A DNA stretch of 64,000 nucleotides from Chrysomallon squamiferum (Eukaryota > Animalia > Mollusca): contig CM022671.1 of NCBI GenBank assembly GCA_012295275.1, positions 35,030,001 to 35,094,000 of the forward strand. The letters are read 5' to 3'. A program made the translations under genes and the position numbers. The notes below the pieces were generated by a model. That model saw nothing but the letters and a program-made list of their open reading frames with translations. It had not been told where the DNA came from and searched no databases. Within the stretch, counting starts at the first letter, position 1; each line of letters opens with the position of its first letter. Positions 13,695 through 28,400 of the stretch are shown piece after piece.

Positions 13695-16600
13695 ATGTTG
13701 ATAAAGGAATTGTAAGTTCTTTCTTTTGTTTATAGACAGACTTGTGGTTTATGAAAATTATTTAAAATAGGAGTTTTGATATCCAGTGTGTTAGAAGTCT
13801 TTGTCCCAGGACTAACTATATATATATCGATTCTGTTCCAAAAATAGAATCCCCCTTTCTGTCATATCATGATCATATTCCGTGTATCACCTGTGATCGG
13901 ATATTATATTGGTTTTGGTAAAGTAACATAGAAAATATTTTGTCGGTCGTTATAAAACCATAAATAACGATACATTTATATTAAAGTGGTTAATTAAAAA
14001 CTGTTTATAATTAATGGCACCACGACGTCCATGGCTGACCTATCCGAAACTGACACAATTGAATATTTTAGGGAGTGGCTGTTTCCATGATTCATCAAAA
14101 CAATGATTTTTATAAATACAGCTTTGAAAATACATCTTGTAATTATAATCAGTTTATAATTTAAGCTCTTAGAGAGGTATCCATTTGAATGACTGATCCA
14201 AATGATTGCAAATGTAAACACTCATGTGACACAAAGAACGAAGGCCCTGGTTCCAACTTCCTTATTATAAAACATAACTAAATATAATTATTTTACCCCA
14301 AACCACAGTATTCATGAACATTCTTATATATGCATTAATGTAAATGTGTCCAGTTTGTATGATATAGCACAATAAAATTAAATAGCATAAATTAAATTTG
14401 TGACATTAGTGATTAGATTTTAGATTTTAATTTTTTAAATAATGTTCATGTTAATTTATACATCCATGTTGGTATCATGAAAATATCATTTTATTTATTA
14501 TTTTTTTAATTTTATTATATATAAACATTATTTTATTTTAGTTCATTTTAAAATTAAATAACTTCAAAATCTGCATTGTCAGCGATTTATTTAAAAAAAA
14601 ATTTTGGTGTAAAGTTTTATTATTGAATTAATAATAGTAATTAAAATGCTAGTATGTTAATATTCAGATGATTTTCTGTATTATACTAGATTGTATTATC
14701 TACACAAATTATCAATGAATCAGTCTTTGTCTTTTCTCATCATTTACAGTCGGATTGTCCTGCCTATGAGTGTAGAAGAGGTAAGTTTATTCTTTTAATC
14801 TTCATATTTTAAAATAAAAATAATTTTTATGTTCAAATTGTATAAGTTTTTATTACAAAATTTACTGTCATGAATGTAGTCTATTTATACAGTTAAACGT
14901 GTTTTAAAAATATGAATTTTGCACTAAGCTTTCTCAAAACTTGGATTTAAAATATGAAATTCGTATTATTTATCTCATTTATTACTTTGCTTATTTTAAA
15001 CAAATGATTTCATCAGAAGCACAAGACCCAGCTTTGCATGGACTTTATATTAAACAGGCAAATGTAAACAAATGTGTCAAAATAGCAAATTAGCTAAGAA
15101 CAAGAATTTCCACATATATGCATACTAACATAATATGATATCTGCCTGCATGAATGCATGGTTTATTTTCAAATGTGTGTATGCTTATGTATCTGTATGG
15201 TTATACCTGCAGATATTTTGATAACATAAAAAAATCAACATCTTCCTTTAATGATTGCTCTGTGTATGTACATCTTTAACTAATCTAAAGGACTTTGATC
15301 TTAAATTGAGATTAATCTGTGCTACATGATCTGTAGATAAAAGAGAGTGATTAGTAAAACATGAGTAGTAGATTACTTGAAGGTTATGAAAGGTGTAACC
15401 TCCCCCAAACTGCTCCAAAAGCCCATAGATTTTTCTTGTAATATAAATATTTTTAAAAAGAATTATCTGTACTGGTTTAATAAATATAATATATTGTTGT
15501 TGGTACTTGATGTTCATAAACCAATAAGCAGTCAGTGGTACATATTATGCTTTAGTCACACAAAATATCTAAAACAATGGATTTGTGATGCTTTTGTTTT
15601 AAATGTGAATTGTTAACTGGAACTTTTGCAAAACTGGCATAAATTCAAGAAAATTTATAATTTGAGGATTATAAAAAGCAGCAGACAAAAAATAATTTAA
15701 ATAGCTTGAATTGTTTTTGCATGTCTTCCACCATTTTTTACCACTGGAATACTTTCAGAAAAAAAAAAAAAAAAAAATTAAATGTTATTATTAACTGTTG
15801 AATGTTTACCTTGTAATGAAGATTATATAATAATTGCATGTGTTTTCATTTATGGTAACCATAATTGTATATATCTGCCAAAAATTAACCTGAAATTATT
15901 TTCTACACCGAAAACTTGTTAATTATTTTAACTTTATGTATTAAATGCTAATTAATAATATCTTTATGTCTGTAACAAGAAGTCAGAATTCAGTGCTCAG
16001 AACTGGAAATGTTTATTTGATGTTTTTTATTTTATTTTTTTACATTTTTATGTATAACTTAATATCATGAGTTTTTGTTTAGACTTATTTTATTATGAGA
16101 AACATTGTGAAATTAGTCATTGCTGATGATTTAATATTACTTTTTGTGTGTTTGTATATTTATTTATTTATTTATTTATTTATTTCAGTATCAAGTTGCT
16201 CAGCTATACTCTGTGGCAGAAGCCAGCAAGAATGAAACAGGAGGTGGTGAAGGCATTGAGGTTAAGAAAAATGAACCATTTGATGAAACTAATGAACCTC
16301 CTGATGTTCCCATGACAACTAAGTTCGGAACATACACAACAGGACAGTTTACACATAAAATATATCATTTACAAAGGTTTGTTAACTTAGGTGTACCTAT
16401 GTATCTATATATCCCTTTTTTTAAATTTTATTTTATTTTATTTTATTTTATTTGTAAATTACACTTTTCTGAATTAAAACAGAAATGTAATACATTTAAT
16501 ATATTTTTCTTAAAAACTTAATATGTCTCTCAACAAATTATTCAGTTAAAAATTTTCTGAACAGTTAATCGCTTTTTATTCTCTATCTCTCTCTCTCTGC

Positions 16601-18224
16601 AGTCAATATAAAACATCATTTTTTTTTTTTTTTCCATTCAGTAAAGTTCCTGCCTGGATTCGGTTTTTAGCACCGAAAGGATCTTTAGAAATTCATGAAC
16701 GAGCATGGAACTCTTACCCATACTGCAGGACAGTAATATCTGTGAGTATTAGGCTGTATATCTACACTGTTGTTCAAAATTAAAAGTAAGAAATATATTT
16801 TTAAATATAACATGATCTAAGCTGTCAGTCTGTGGTATAGTTCAGTATAATGATAAGTATATACTAAATATTTACCTGTAGACTTACATTGTAGTACAGT
16901 GTAATCTCTGGTAACTATGTTCTTAAATACAAAAGGATCTAGACAGTACAACTGTGTGATAAGTTTCATGGTCAGTTCTTGTATCACAAGTTTTAACTCA
17001 GGTGGCCCAAACTGCTTCAAAATAGCCTTCAGTCATTGTAAAACAGAGAGGTCCTTCTTTAATAATTACAGTGATTTCATAATTATGGGGAATTCTTTTA
17101 AGAAATGTAGACTTCAGAAAAATATGTATTCCCCATCTTTGTGAAATATGGCTTAAAGCCTTTATGAAGTATCTTGAGCAAAAAGAAAACAAGGAATTTA
17201 GGAATGTATGAAATACAGTGTTTGTTTTTTAATAACTACAAAATTATAACTTCTCTGGCTATTTAAAAAAAATAATTTCATCTTGTTTTATTTCAGAATC
17301 CTGATTATATGAAAGAAAATTTTTTCATTATCATTGAGTCAATGCATTATGCTGATCGTGGGGAAACAGATAATGTAAGTATTTATTTTTAAGAATCAGT
17401 GTTTGAAATAAAAATGATACTTCAGTGTTGTTCATTTTAATAATTTTACAGCCCATTTGTTTCAGCAAACACTCTAAAAGTATTATACTGTACCAAATTA
17501 TATGGGTTTTTTTCTTCTTTTTCTTATGGTTATGATTTTTAATGTGACATTTTTAATAATAAATGTTTTATTTTTAAATTAGATACACGATTTGAATAAT
17601 GAAGATTTGAAGAAAAGACAGGTTGTAAATATCGACATAGCTAATGACCCAGTTAAAAGAGGGGTAAGCAGTGTTAAAACTTGACATTTTCGCTTGATCT
17701 TCAACTGCTTGTTGCCCTTGTATCATTACATCACACAAATTCTGTGATGCAGGTTACCTATTAAACAAACATTTGTTTAGCAGTAAATAGTCTTCCTTAA
17801 ATAACAGCTAACATAAATGGACTCACTTTTAAACCTTGTTGTTATATGTACTCTTGTTAGGTGTTTTATTTGAATGTGAACTTAGTTAAAAAATATTTTA
17901 AATGTGTAAGGAGGTAATTGGTTTAAAGGTATGATTAAATGAACATGGTAATGTTTGTAGGACTACAAGGAAGAATGGGATCCCACTTTATTTAAATCTG
18001 CAAAAACTGACAGAGGCGCTTTAGTAGGTCCAAACTGGAAGGTGAGAGTCGTTAGTGTAACATGTTTTAGTTTTTAAAGCATCTCTCTATTTTCTTAATT
18101 CATTAATTTCTTTCATTTAGTTTAAAAAAATTTAAATAATTTTTTATTTTTTTTATTATTATTATTATAATAATTTATTTTATTCTTTTTATTATTATTA
18201 TTATAATTTATTTTATTCTTTTTA

Positions 18225-18292
<68 letters not shown>

Positions 18293-19852
18293 GTTATTAT
18301 TATTATTATTATTAAATTTTTGTAATAATTCAGTTATTATTTATTATTTATTTATCTCTTGTTTTACTCAGTTATTTTTCAAATCCTGAAGTCTTTTCAT
18401 TACATTATATTGCAGTAACTTTCAGTTAACTAACACTGAATCTTACTCTGATATTCTGTCTTAAAATAGTGTGTAACAAGTTTGATTCTTCACATAATAA
18501 CTGTTTTCTAATTTCTTTATCTGCTGCAAGACTAAACTTTGTTGTTTATGGAATATATATTTCAGTGCTAGAGAAACAGAGAAGAATTGTGTTAATTGTT
18601 TTTTTCTCAATTCAGGAAAAAGTGCATCCGGTTATGTGTTCGTACAAACTAGTGCGCTGCTACTTCAAATGGTTTGGATTACAAAACAGAGTAGAAAAGT
18701 TCATAATGACAGTAAGTTTTCTTCTATATAATTTGAAAAAAAAACAAAAAAAACAAAAAATTTATTAATACTTTCATTATATTTTTTAAATGTTAGAATA
18801 AATAATTTCTGGATTTTTTTTTTTCTTCTTATTCATGATGGTTTTGTTCTTTTTGTTGTTCTTGAGTTTTTTTTATAATAAAATTTAACAGTATGTCAGC
18901 TTTTAGATATCAAAATCCAAAATATTTATTTTACTTCTGTGGGAGAAAGCACACAAAAGATGACTTTCATCTGACAGTGAGTCAAGTACTTGACTTTAGC
19001 TGCCATGTCTCACATCATTGTAAAATTATCTGATTTGAAACCTGACAGTTACCAAGTTGTTATTGTAAAAAAAAATGAATTTTCTTTTTTTAAAACAATT
19101 CAGCAAGAACAGCGATTGTTCTTCAACTTTCATCGACAAGTTTATTGCTGGACAGACAAGTGGTACGGACTGACTATGGAGGATATACGAAGAATCGAGG
19201 AACAGACAAAGAAGGAGTTAGACGAGGTATTTAACTTACCAGTCATTCCTGTCTGTCAGTGATGTCTCCCCAGCAATGTCACACTTAACTGATTTTAAGA
19301 TTTTATATTTTCTTTTTTCAAATTTTTGTTTATTATTTCTTTTTATCAATGAGTCTTTCAAAAAAAAAAAAAAAAAAACTGTAATGGAAGTTCTTTTGTG
19401 ATCTGCTGAAAATGGAAAGTTTAAATGCAACTATTTTATCTTCTACTTTTTTTTTTTTTTCTTACTGTATGTTATTTATTCTTTATAATTTTGTCTTCTT
19501 GATGTGCTTGGATGCCTCACAGCTAATCTATAAAAGTAGTATGAGAAGATTTCTCTGCTGTCAATACTAAAGTGTTTAGATACTGTTAAACTACCCTCCA
19601 TTACCAAGTTAATTCATTTATGTAAACACACACTAAATATTTATTTATTATTTTATTTTATTTATTTATTTGTTTGTTTGTTTGTTTGTTTGTTTGTTTG
19701 TTTGTTTGTTTGTTTGTTTGTTTGTTTTTTTTATTTATTTTATTTGTTTTATTATATCCAACAATATTGACTTCATACATATCTCTTCTTTCTTTCAGGC
19801 ACTTAACCATGGAGGTGTGAAAGGAACTTCAGCTGCTGATGATGATGCATGA
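13695..19852 (+). CDS. PITPNA: Class I phosphatidylinositol transfer protein (PITP alpha/beta family), 10 coding exons, 282 aa
   Basis: Exons 13695-13711, 14750-14780, 16189-16376, 16642-16741, 17297-17374, 17583-17663, 17961-18041, 18616-18711, 19104-19226, 19799-19852 (849 nt, GT-AG). Translation [41 protein letters not shown]...[10 protein letters not shown]...[15 protein letters not shown]...FKWFGLQ...[21 protein letters not shown]. Probably co-orthologous to vertebrate PITPNA/PITPNB, so the symbol is approximate. Confidence 0.95.
18150..18315. repeat. (TTA)n microsatellite in PITP intron 7
   Basis: Read directly. Confidence 0.92.
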
Positions 19853-20910
19853 GCAGAAACCCGATGCACACATAAAATACAAGAGTAAAAAAAAAACACT
19901 GTTTAGCTGTGTATTTTAACAATGTTTTGTGTCTGTGGCCGTGTTTCTGATAGACATCACGTTTACCTCGGTCCAGAATTAGTTGTCCCGTTTAGCCTGT
20001 GTAAAGGTAATGGGAGAAATATTCACCCCTGTTTTGTGCTAACATTTTCTTATCTATAAACTGTTTGTTTGTTTGTTTTTTTGTTGTTGTTGTTGTTTGT
20101 TTTGTTTTCTGTATTTTTTATTTTATTTTATTTATTTTATTTATTTATTTGCTGTTCTTTATTGTTTTATTAGAAAATGTTTTAAACAAAAAGAAAGTTT
20201 TCTTTTTATTTATTTATTTTTATTCAAATTTTTTTTGAATTATTATTAATGTGCTGTACTCAGAGTTATTTAAAGTGTTTGTGTTTGTTTTGAAAATGAC
20301 TTTTGGGGTGAGTTTGCATTTTTATCATTTTCCTTATGACGGATGATAAGTTTTTCATAAAGAATTGAAACTTTTTTTCTTTTTTTTTAATAAATATGTT
20401 TAGGTGCATATTACATTGTAATAAAATAAAAGTAGGATTATTATGACTTTGACACAAATGATTAATGACACTGGTTAGATAGTTTGATTTTTACTCTTTA
20501 AATGTAACAATAGTGTATTGGTAATTTCCATGTTTTCTATAATCTAGCTGATTAATATCTGTTACTACAACTAGACGGTGATAACTAGACAAATTAGGAA
20601 TCTTTTTGACTGATTCTCTTGTCATGTTTGTTTTTGTGTTTTTGTTTTGTTTGTTTTTTTCACAAAAATGCTAGATTGTATTTGGAATATTTTAATGCAT
20701 TTGTTATTTTTTGCTTTCAATAAATTGATTGTAGAAATAAATTTAAAGAGCAAGTGGAATAATTCATTTTAAAAAAAAAATTATGAATGTTGTTGATTGG
20801 TAATATTTTAGTTTTTTTATTTGTTTTATCTGTTTGCTTGATGTAATTTATTGAGAAAAGTTTCAAAGAGGATTTAATTAATATCATGTATACCTGTTTG
20901 GAATTTGGTT

Positions 20911-20962
<52 letters not shown>

Positions 20963-23900
20963 TCTAGGGACTCAAAACAAATCAACAAAAATAAGTCATA
21001 ATTTGATTTCATTCAACATAATTAATTAGTCTTGCCATGCTTTAGCTGGGAAGTGTGTTAAGATTTCCGATGTGGTATTTGTAAAATACTATTGTTTTGA
21101 TACGATACCTTATTCTTTGTCCTACGTTATTAATACCGAGAAACAAATCAGATGAATAGTGAGAATTTTGGACTAAATTCAGACCACTGTATGTAATATG
21201 TATATATTGTTTTGAAATTCAGTTTTGTGTGTTTTCCAATAGCAGAACCACAGTGTTTCAGTTGTAAAATATACATCTATGTTGACATCCTCACAATCAT
21301 AACAAAAATACTCTGCTTGTTATTTTTGCTTCTGTCTCATCATACAGTGATCATAAAGGAATAAGGCAGTAGATAAAGGTTGTTTTTCTTTTTTTTTTTT
21401 TTTTTTTTCTGAAACACTATTTGTTTGAAAAAATACTGAGGAAGATGGCATAATTGTATAACCAGTTTGTCAACATCAGTCTTGTCATGTTGTTTTTCTG
21501 AGAAACCACGTTTCTGTAGTAACATGTTAATATCTTTCTTCTGAAACTAATAAACCATGTAGAATGGCAGCAAATACTTTCTTACATGTAACCATTCCAA
21601 CATGTAACCATTGTACTATCATTTTTAACATTTGAATACCTGAATGGCTATTAATTTGTAGTTACTCATTTGTGTATTTTGTGGTAAAATCTTAACTGCT
21701 TGTATTAGAATCACTTCTGTTATTATATTTTAATATATGTATTTTTCTATAAAAAGAAAAAAAAAGAAAACCAAAACCCCCAAAATAGCTGCTGTTTTTA
21801 TTATTATTTAGTAATTATTGAAATATGCATTTTGTAGAATTATCATTGTTGTTGTTATCATTTTACCTAATTAATAATTTTCTTGTTTTTGTTTTGTCTA
21901 TGATTTTCCCATTCAATTCTCAGTGATACACATAATCATCCTCTACCACATAATCATTAGTTTTTTTATATCAAAAACACAGAGTAATGAAAAAAAAAAA
22001 ATTTAATAATAATAATTATAATATAGAATCCAAGAGTTTGCACTTTGAATCTAAACTTGTTGATGGAATTTTTTTTTTTATTATTCCATTCCAGTTTGAT
22101 TCTTCTAATTATTTTATTTTATTAAATTTACCAAAACATAACAACAAAAAACAATTAATTTTTATTAAATATATTGTTTTGATCTTCTGTCGCACAATAC
22201 ATTTGTTTTGTTATTTTCTTATTGTATGGTTTGCAAATGAAATGGTAGTGATGCAAATACAATAAAATTATAAACTAAATATATTTGTCTTCATCTTTGT
22301 GTTTGAAACCTTGGTGCATAAAATAAAAGTAATATTTATATCACTTTGTGTATATTTACTTAGAAGTACTTATGGATTTTTTAAACAAAATTTATTTATT
22401 TATTTATTTATTTATTTATTTTATTTTATTTTGTTGGCATGTTGTTTTTTTTTGTTGTTTTTTATAGAGGTTGGGAGGTTTATTCATTTTTATAAAGAAG
22501 AATTTCAATATTGAATTTTTAAAATAAAAATAATACTGTATTAAATAAGTGTTACGGTAGGAAATGTGACTTATTCTTCTAGAATGTAAATTTAACAAAA
22601 CACAACAAAACAAATCCTTTCATTATTGAGTTATCTACTATTTCTTTATTCTGTATACTGTTTACAATCAAACTCATTAAAATAAAAAAATAAATAAAAT
22701 AAATAAATAAAATAAAATAAACAATACATTTTTTAAATTAATAATACCACTGTACAATAACATTAAAATAATTTGTAAGTGTACATATATACTAGTACTT
22801 AAAACCCAACAAAATCATCCTTATATCTTAACAATTGTTGTAAAATATTCAAAGCACTTACAGGAATATTTAACATTCTTAATGTAGTGAACTGAAAAGC
22901 TGAAATAAATGGCTAGAATTTGGATTAGTATGAATAATATTATATATATTGCACTCATTGAAAATGTATTAAATATGTTAATAGGTATTAAATATTAATT
23001 TTAACACATATTGATAATACATATTGACAGTTTGCATTAATTATATGTAATATGCTAATGATATGCATTAATTATATTTATTGACACTGTAATACATGTT
23101 AAAAATGCTTAATGTAAAAAACAAACATATATATATATATATATAAGCTTACCTTTTCAAACTGTTTTCTGTTGTCAATAAACTCAGCTTTTTGTACAAT
23201 ATGGAGTTAAGTAATTTGTAAACCTGGTTTAATATCAAATATAATTAATTAGAAGACTTACTAGTTATTCATCATTATTTGATAGAGAAAAAAAAGGTAT
23301 TGATAACTGACAGCAAAATTTACTTGTTTAAAATACAGGATTTTGTGTGTGAAATATCACAGCTATTGACAGAACAGTTAAAATATTTAAATACCAAACG
23401 TAACTTCTTTTTTTTTCTTTTGCATTTGCTGTTTGAAAAATGTATAAATATGCTAAAGTTAAAGTGTTAACAAGAATGTTCAGTTGTTTAGTTTGTTTTT
23501 TTGTTGGGCATGTATGTAGTGAAGGAAATTCCAAGCCATTCCAAATTTTATTTTATTATTATCAAGTGTCTGTAATGGAACTGAATTATTATTATTTATT
23601 TATTTATTTTGTTAAATTATAATTTATTTATTTAGTTGTTATTTTTAACTGATATTTAAAATAGAATTGTCTTAATTTTAAGTTGTCAGTGAATAATAGA
23701 ACATATTTTTGTTTTGTTTTAAAACATCTATGTAAGTAATTATCATTGTATAGTTATAATTTTGTGACTGGGGTGTTGACCAAAACCTAAATGTTAGTAA
23801 ATTTAAATATTATAAAAAGTGTATAGAATTAATTTTATATGTTTATTTAGTAAAATAGCTGTTAGGTGATTATTAAAACAGAATATCAACAATATTTGTC

Positions 23901-25473
23901 TTTAGTAAAAATTATTCTATAGTAACTGTTGTCTGCATTATAATATAACATTTGTTTTCTTTTTCATTTTTTTTTTTTTTAATACTTCTTCATACTAACT
24001 AGATCTGTAATATGGTGATTACAATTAGAAAGATGAGGTATTTAGTTTACTTATGTAAAAATGTACCAACTGCATCTATTGTTAAACTAGTTAAATGCAG
24101 TTCACTTACTTAACTGATTTTTAATTGTTTGTCATTAATTGGTGAATTTTGCAAAAGAAATACAACCAAAAAAAATAAAATAAATAAAAACTTAAATGCT
24201 TAACTATATTGCAGTGTCTGCTTATGTAATGAATTAAAAAAAAATATATATATATATATAATGATCTTTAAGTTTCTTCTTATTATTATTATTTTTTATT
24301 TATAAATATTAAAAAAGAAATTTTGGGATTTAAAATTAAATTAAAATTAGTACATTTTATCCAGTTTTAAGTTGACATAACCAAAAATTACAATTAACTT
24401 GTATACAAAATTTATAAGTAAAACAAATGGACTGAATTTTTTTTTTTTTTTTTTTTTTTTTTGTACAAGTAAAATACAATTTTAGCATTTCCCTGAATAT
24501 ATTAACATGTATAATTATATAAATATACCAATCTGTGTAATCTGATTGGAATTTACTCTAAAAAAAAAATCTTTATTTTAGAGATTTTTATAAAGCTTAT
24601 TTCTTAATGAAATACAATCATGTGTTGGTAAAATTGTCCAGTAAATCATTCACAACTAATCCATGACTAAATGTTTGTTAATGTCAGTAAAAACAGAATT
24701 AATGCTGTTAATGCTTCAACATTCTAAATAAACATGAAATAATTTCTTTTGCGGTTGTTATTTTTTTTAATTTTCATTTTTCTTTTTATGTTCTTAAAGT
24801 GAATAATTTATGAAAGAGGTTTAAAATAGTTTAGTTCTGTCAGGATGTTTATATATTTTAAAAATATCTTCACAAATTTTGTTAGTTGTGGCTGTCATTC
24901 CTGTGCTATATGTATCAGCAGTAAAGAATCTTGTATTTGCACATCCTCATAAACAGGACACACATACCATATTTAACAAAAAGGTTGGATTAGGAAATAA
25001 GCAAGATTGATCATGTTTGATATTTAATACTCCAAAGAGTTAATACATATAATTTTATTTTATTTTGTTTAAACAACCAATGTTTAAGGATATTTTTAAT
25101 ATAAAAAAAAAAAATTTAAACAACAATGTTAACAGTTTTTAATCAGAAGGGAGGTAACTCTTAAAGGGTTTACTTCATACTACTTCATTAGAACTGCAAT
25201 AAATATTTAAATATTTGATCTTTTTAAATAAATATATTATAAAGATAACAAAAACTGACAGTTTATTATTCATAATATTCAATAAACATTTCATTTGTAT
25301 AATGTAAGACAAAAAAAACAAAAACATTGTGAAATGCTAATTAATTTAGACAAATTCCTGTTATTGTATCACTGTAAATATATATAAATCTTTACAATCT
25401 AGTTTATGTGAAATAATTAAAAAAATAATAATGATCAATAAATAAATAAAATTTAAAAAAATATGTAATTTCA

Positions 25474-28400
25474 TTATGGATATTTTGTTCCCTCTTCAAT
25501 CAGCTGTCTAATGGTTTCTACAAGAGTTCCAGCCTTATCAGTGTTCATCAGACTATGAATAATACTGGCTTTTTGTGAAACGGGAATTGCTGAAACAAAA
25601 AGTTCTTTTATGCTATCCATGCACAAAACTCTGAAGTCGTGAAAGACTGAGAATTCCAAAATTCTTGCGATGGTTTCAGGATGAAGAAATTTAGAAGACA
25701 AAACAATCATCATGTAGTGAGATAGGTCTGTCAAAAGGTACTGGTCTGCAAGAGACAAAACATCCAAGCTTAAATCTACCAGAATTTTTCTCTCTTTATC
25801 TTCATTTTCCATCTGTTGAATAACTGAACAGTTCATCCCACAGCCATGAAGATAGTGAACAACATAGAGCAAAGCATCATGGGAAGTGCATGGAATGCTG
25901 ATCTCCGATTGGTTGGCTTCGGTGTAATGTCCTTCCAACATGGCCGAAAACACTGCAGATCTTTTTATCAACGTTTCTCGATTTGATCCAATTTTTTGGC
26001 CATCAGTAGCAAAATAGAGATCAAACTGAGCAGTACTGTACTGGCATGTCGAACTGGAGCAGCCTAGTTTTGAAAAAATGGATTTAAAGCTAGTTTTTGT
26101 GACAGAATGTTTGAGTATTGATGTTCTGTCGACCATTTTGACTAGGAAGATAAATCCACAGAGAACAGCACTGAAGAGAGATCCCAGCTCACTGAACTGC
26201 AGGACTGACAACATTCTGTCTGCCACCTTCATGCTTATTAAGTAGTTCTGCTGCATACCTGGACTCCTGTAAACAACAAATATTAATATCAATAATATTT
26301 AGATATTTATTTATATAATAATACATATTCATATTTCTTACTTGCTTATTTGGAAACTGGTGTTCACAAAATTAAGTATAAAATTCTGTAACTTTAGCAG
26401 AGTATGACAAAACCACAAACTCAAGTAATAAAATATAAATAACAGAAAATAGATTGGAACTGGAGAAAAAAAAGAGAAGAAGATTTAAAGCTGCTGGGAT
26501 CACTATCAATTTTATGTAATGGCAAATAATTTAAGTGTTATTACACCATGCAACAATTATTTTGTAAACTTATTTTAAGTAAAATTTTATTATTCTGACA
26601 AACTCAGTTGTATAGCATCAGAAAGCTTCATCCTTCACTCAAAAATCATTATAAAAACAAACAAAAAAACAACAACAAAAAAACCACAAAACTGAAACAA
26701 TAACATAAAAATGTCTTATTTTAACACAATTAGAAAAAATTAAATCTGCTTTTAACTACATCCCAAGACATTTTTAATGTTGATGAAGAGATCATAAAAA
26801 CGAACAGACTTTACTTACCAGCACAGATAAAGTAAACACACGGAACATAAGATCTGGACATGCTCTGCTTTTCTCAACAAGATGTGTGAGATGACTCCTC
26901 GACCGAATGGCGAAGCTGCAGAAAAACTCAAATCCTTCAGCAGACTCAGACCTGTTCCAGCAACATCAATGACGTGGTCATCCAAGCCGTTGTTTTTTGA
27001 TGATACTGCTGATGCTGAACTCTCAGAATCAAAATCGTGATCCATTCTGGAGGGTGAAGTCAGTTGTGGGTCAGCAACCAGCTTGTACTTGGCTAAATCC
27101 AGATCGTACGAAATACTGAAACTGTTCGTGTCTCCAGACTGCACAGACCAGCTGCTGCGTCTTTCCGATTTCCTCCTGTTGAACAGTTCGTACAGAGAAC
27201 TGTCAACACCCTGATCGTTGAGCAACAGGTTCTTGTAAATGAAAGCTGGGGCTGCTATTCTCAGCAACGGTTCCAGGCAGTGTGGGTTTCGTAGAAGGCG
27301 TGACAGCATACGAATGCAGCGGGCCTGGGGACAGGATGCCAGGGTGAGATAGTCGAGCAGACAAGACAAAACTGGACTGTTGATCAGATGTGGAGATGGG
27401 TCTGTCTTCACTGATATTCTAGACAACAATATCAGAATGTTCTTCTCCGATGTTTTCAGAATAGTCATTTTCTTTGACTCGGTTTTGCATTTTTTTGGAA
27501 TGTTTTCAGAAAGGTCTAATTTCTGACTTTCTGGAGATCGTTCAGAAATTGATCTTTTCCCTTTCCAAATGCACGATATTTCCCCATCAACTGGAACACC
27601 ACCACCCTCATGATCACAGTGCAGTTCCTCTACCCTGACAGTATCCACACTCGGCCCTGTCTCATCTTTACAAGACCGTTTCAAACCCGATTTTTCAGCT
27701 CCCTTGCACATTTCAGTTAGTGACTTATCATCATTCTTAATCTCTTCTTTCTTCTGACCATCACCGTGGTTACTAACAGAGTCCTCATCAGCAGGACTGG
27801 CAGACTCCTCTTCAGAAGAGTAATGCCATATATTTTCAACATCATTTCCATGACTGTCTGGTGGAGACCAGCCAAGTGGTGAAAACTTTGGGGGTGGACT
27901 GCTGCACATGTAGGACTTGCTTCCAATGGGTCCATACATGTCAATGTTGAGAGGGCTGGTCACAGAGGAAGGGCTGGAAGGTGGACTAAACAAGCTGGAG
28001 GACATGGACGGTGAGGAAACAAAGGATTCGTTGCTAAGGGGGCTGTACTGTACTGTACTCAGACACGGACTAAGACTGGTTGTAACTTTCTGTCGGTTGG
28101 TGATACTAGCAGAACCACTGACCAGTGTCCATTCGGTGTTGATGGTGTACGTGGGACTGTCGATGCTGAAAACATGGTTATTGCATCCTGCTTTGTCGTC
28201 TTGGATTTCTGCACCTGCAGATTCATTAACTAATACTTTTTCACTTCTTTCGAGATCATCGTGAACACCGACGTTTTTAACGTCAACACTAGCTGATGTT
28301 TTCTCATCTGCCGATGATGAAGATATCACTGTTTCTGCTGTTGACGATGACGATAACGACGTTTTTATGTCTTGTCTCTTCATTTTTTCAGTTTTAATCT

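Noticed and set aside
20918-20960. 43-nt poly(A) as a retroposon tail
   Set aside because: There is no recognisable element body or TSD, and long homopolymers are common throughout the window.
27717-28264. Overlapping ORFs inside the large ARMC5 exon
   Set aside because: They are alternate-frame or antisense shadows with no independent signals.
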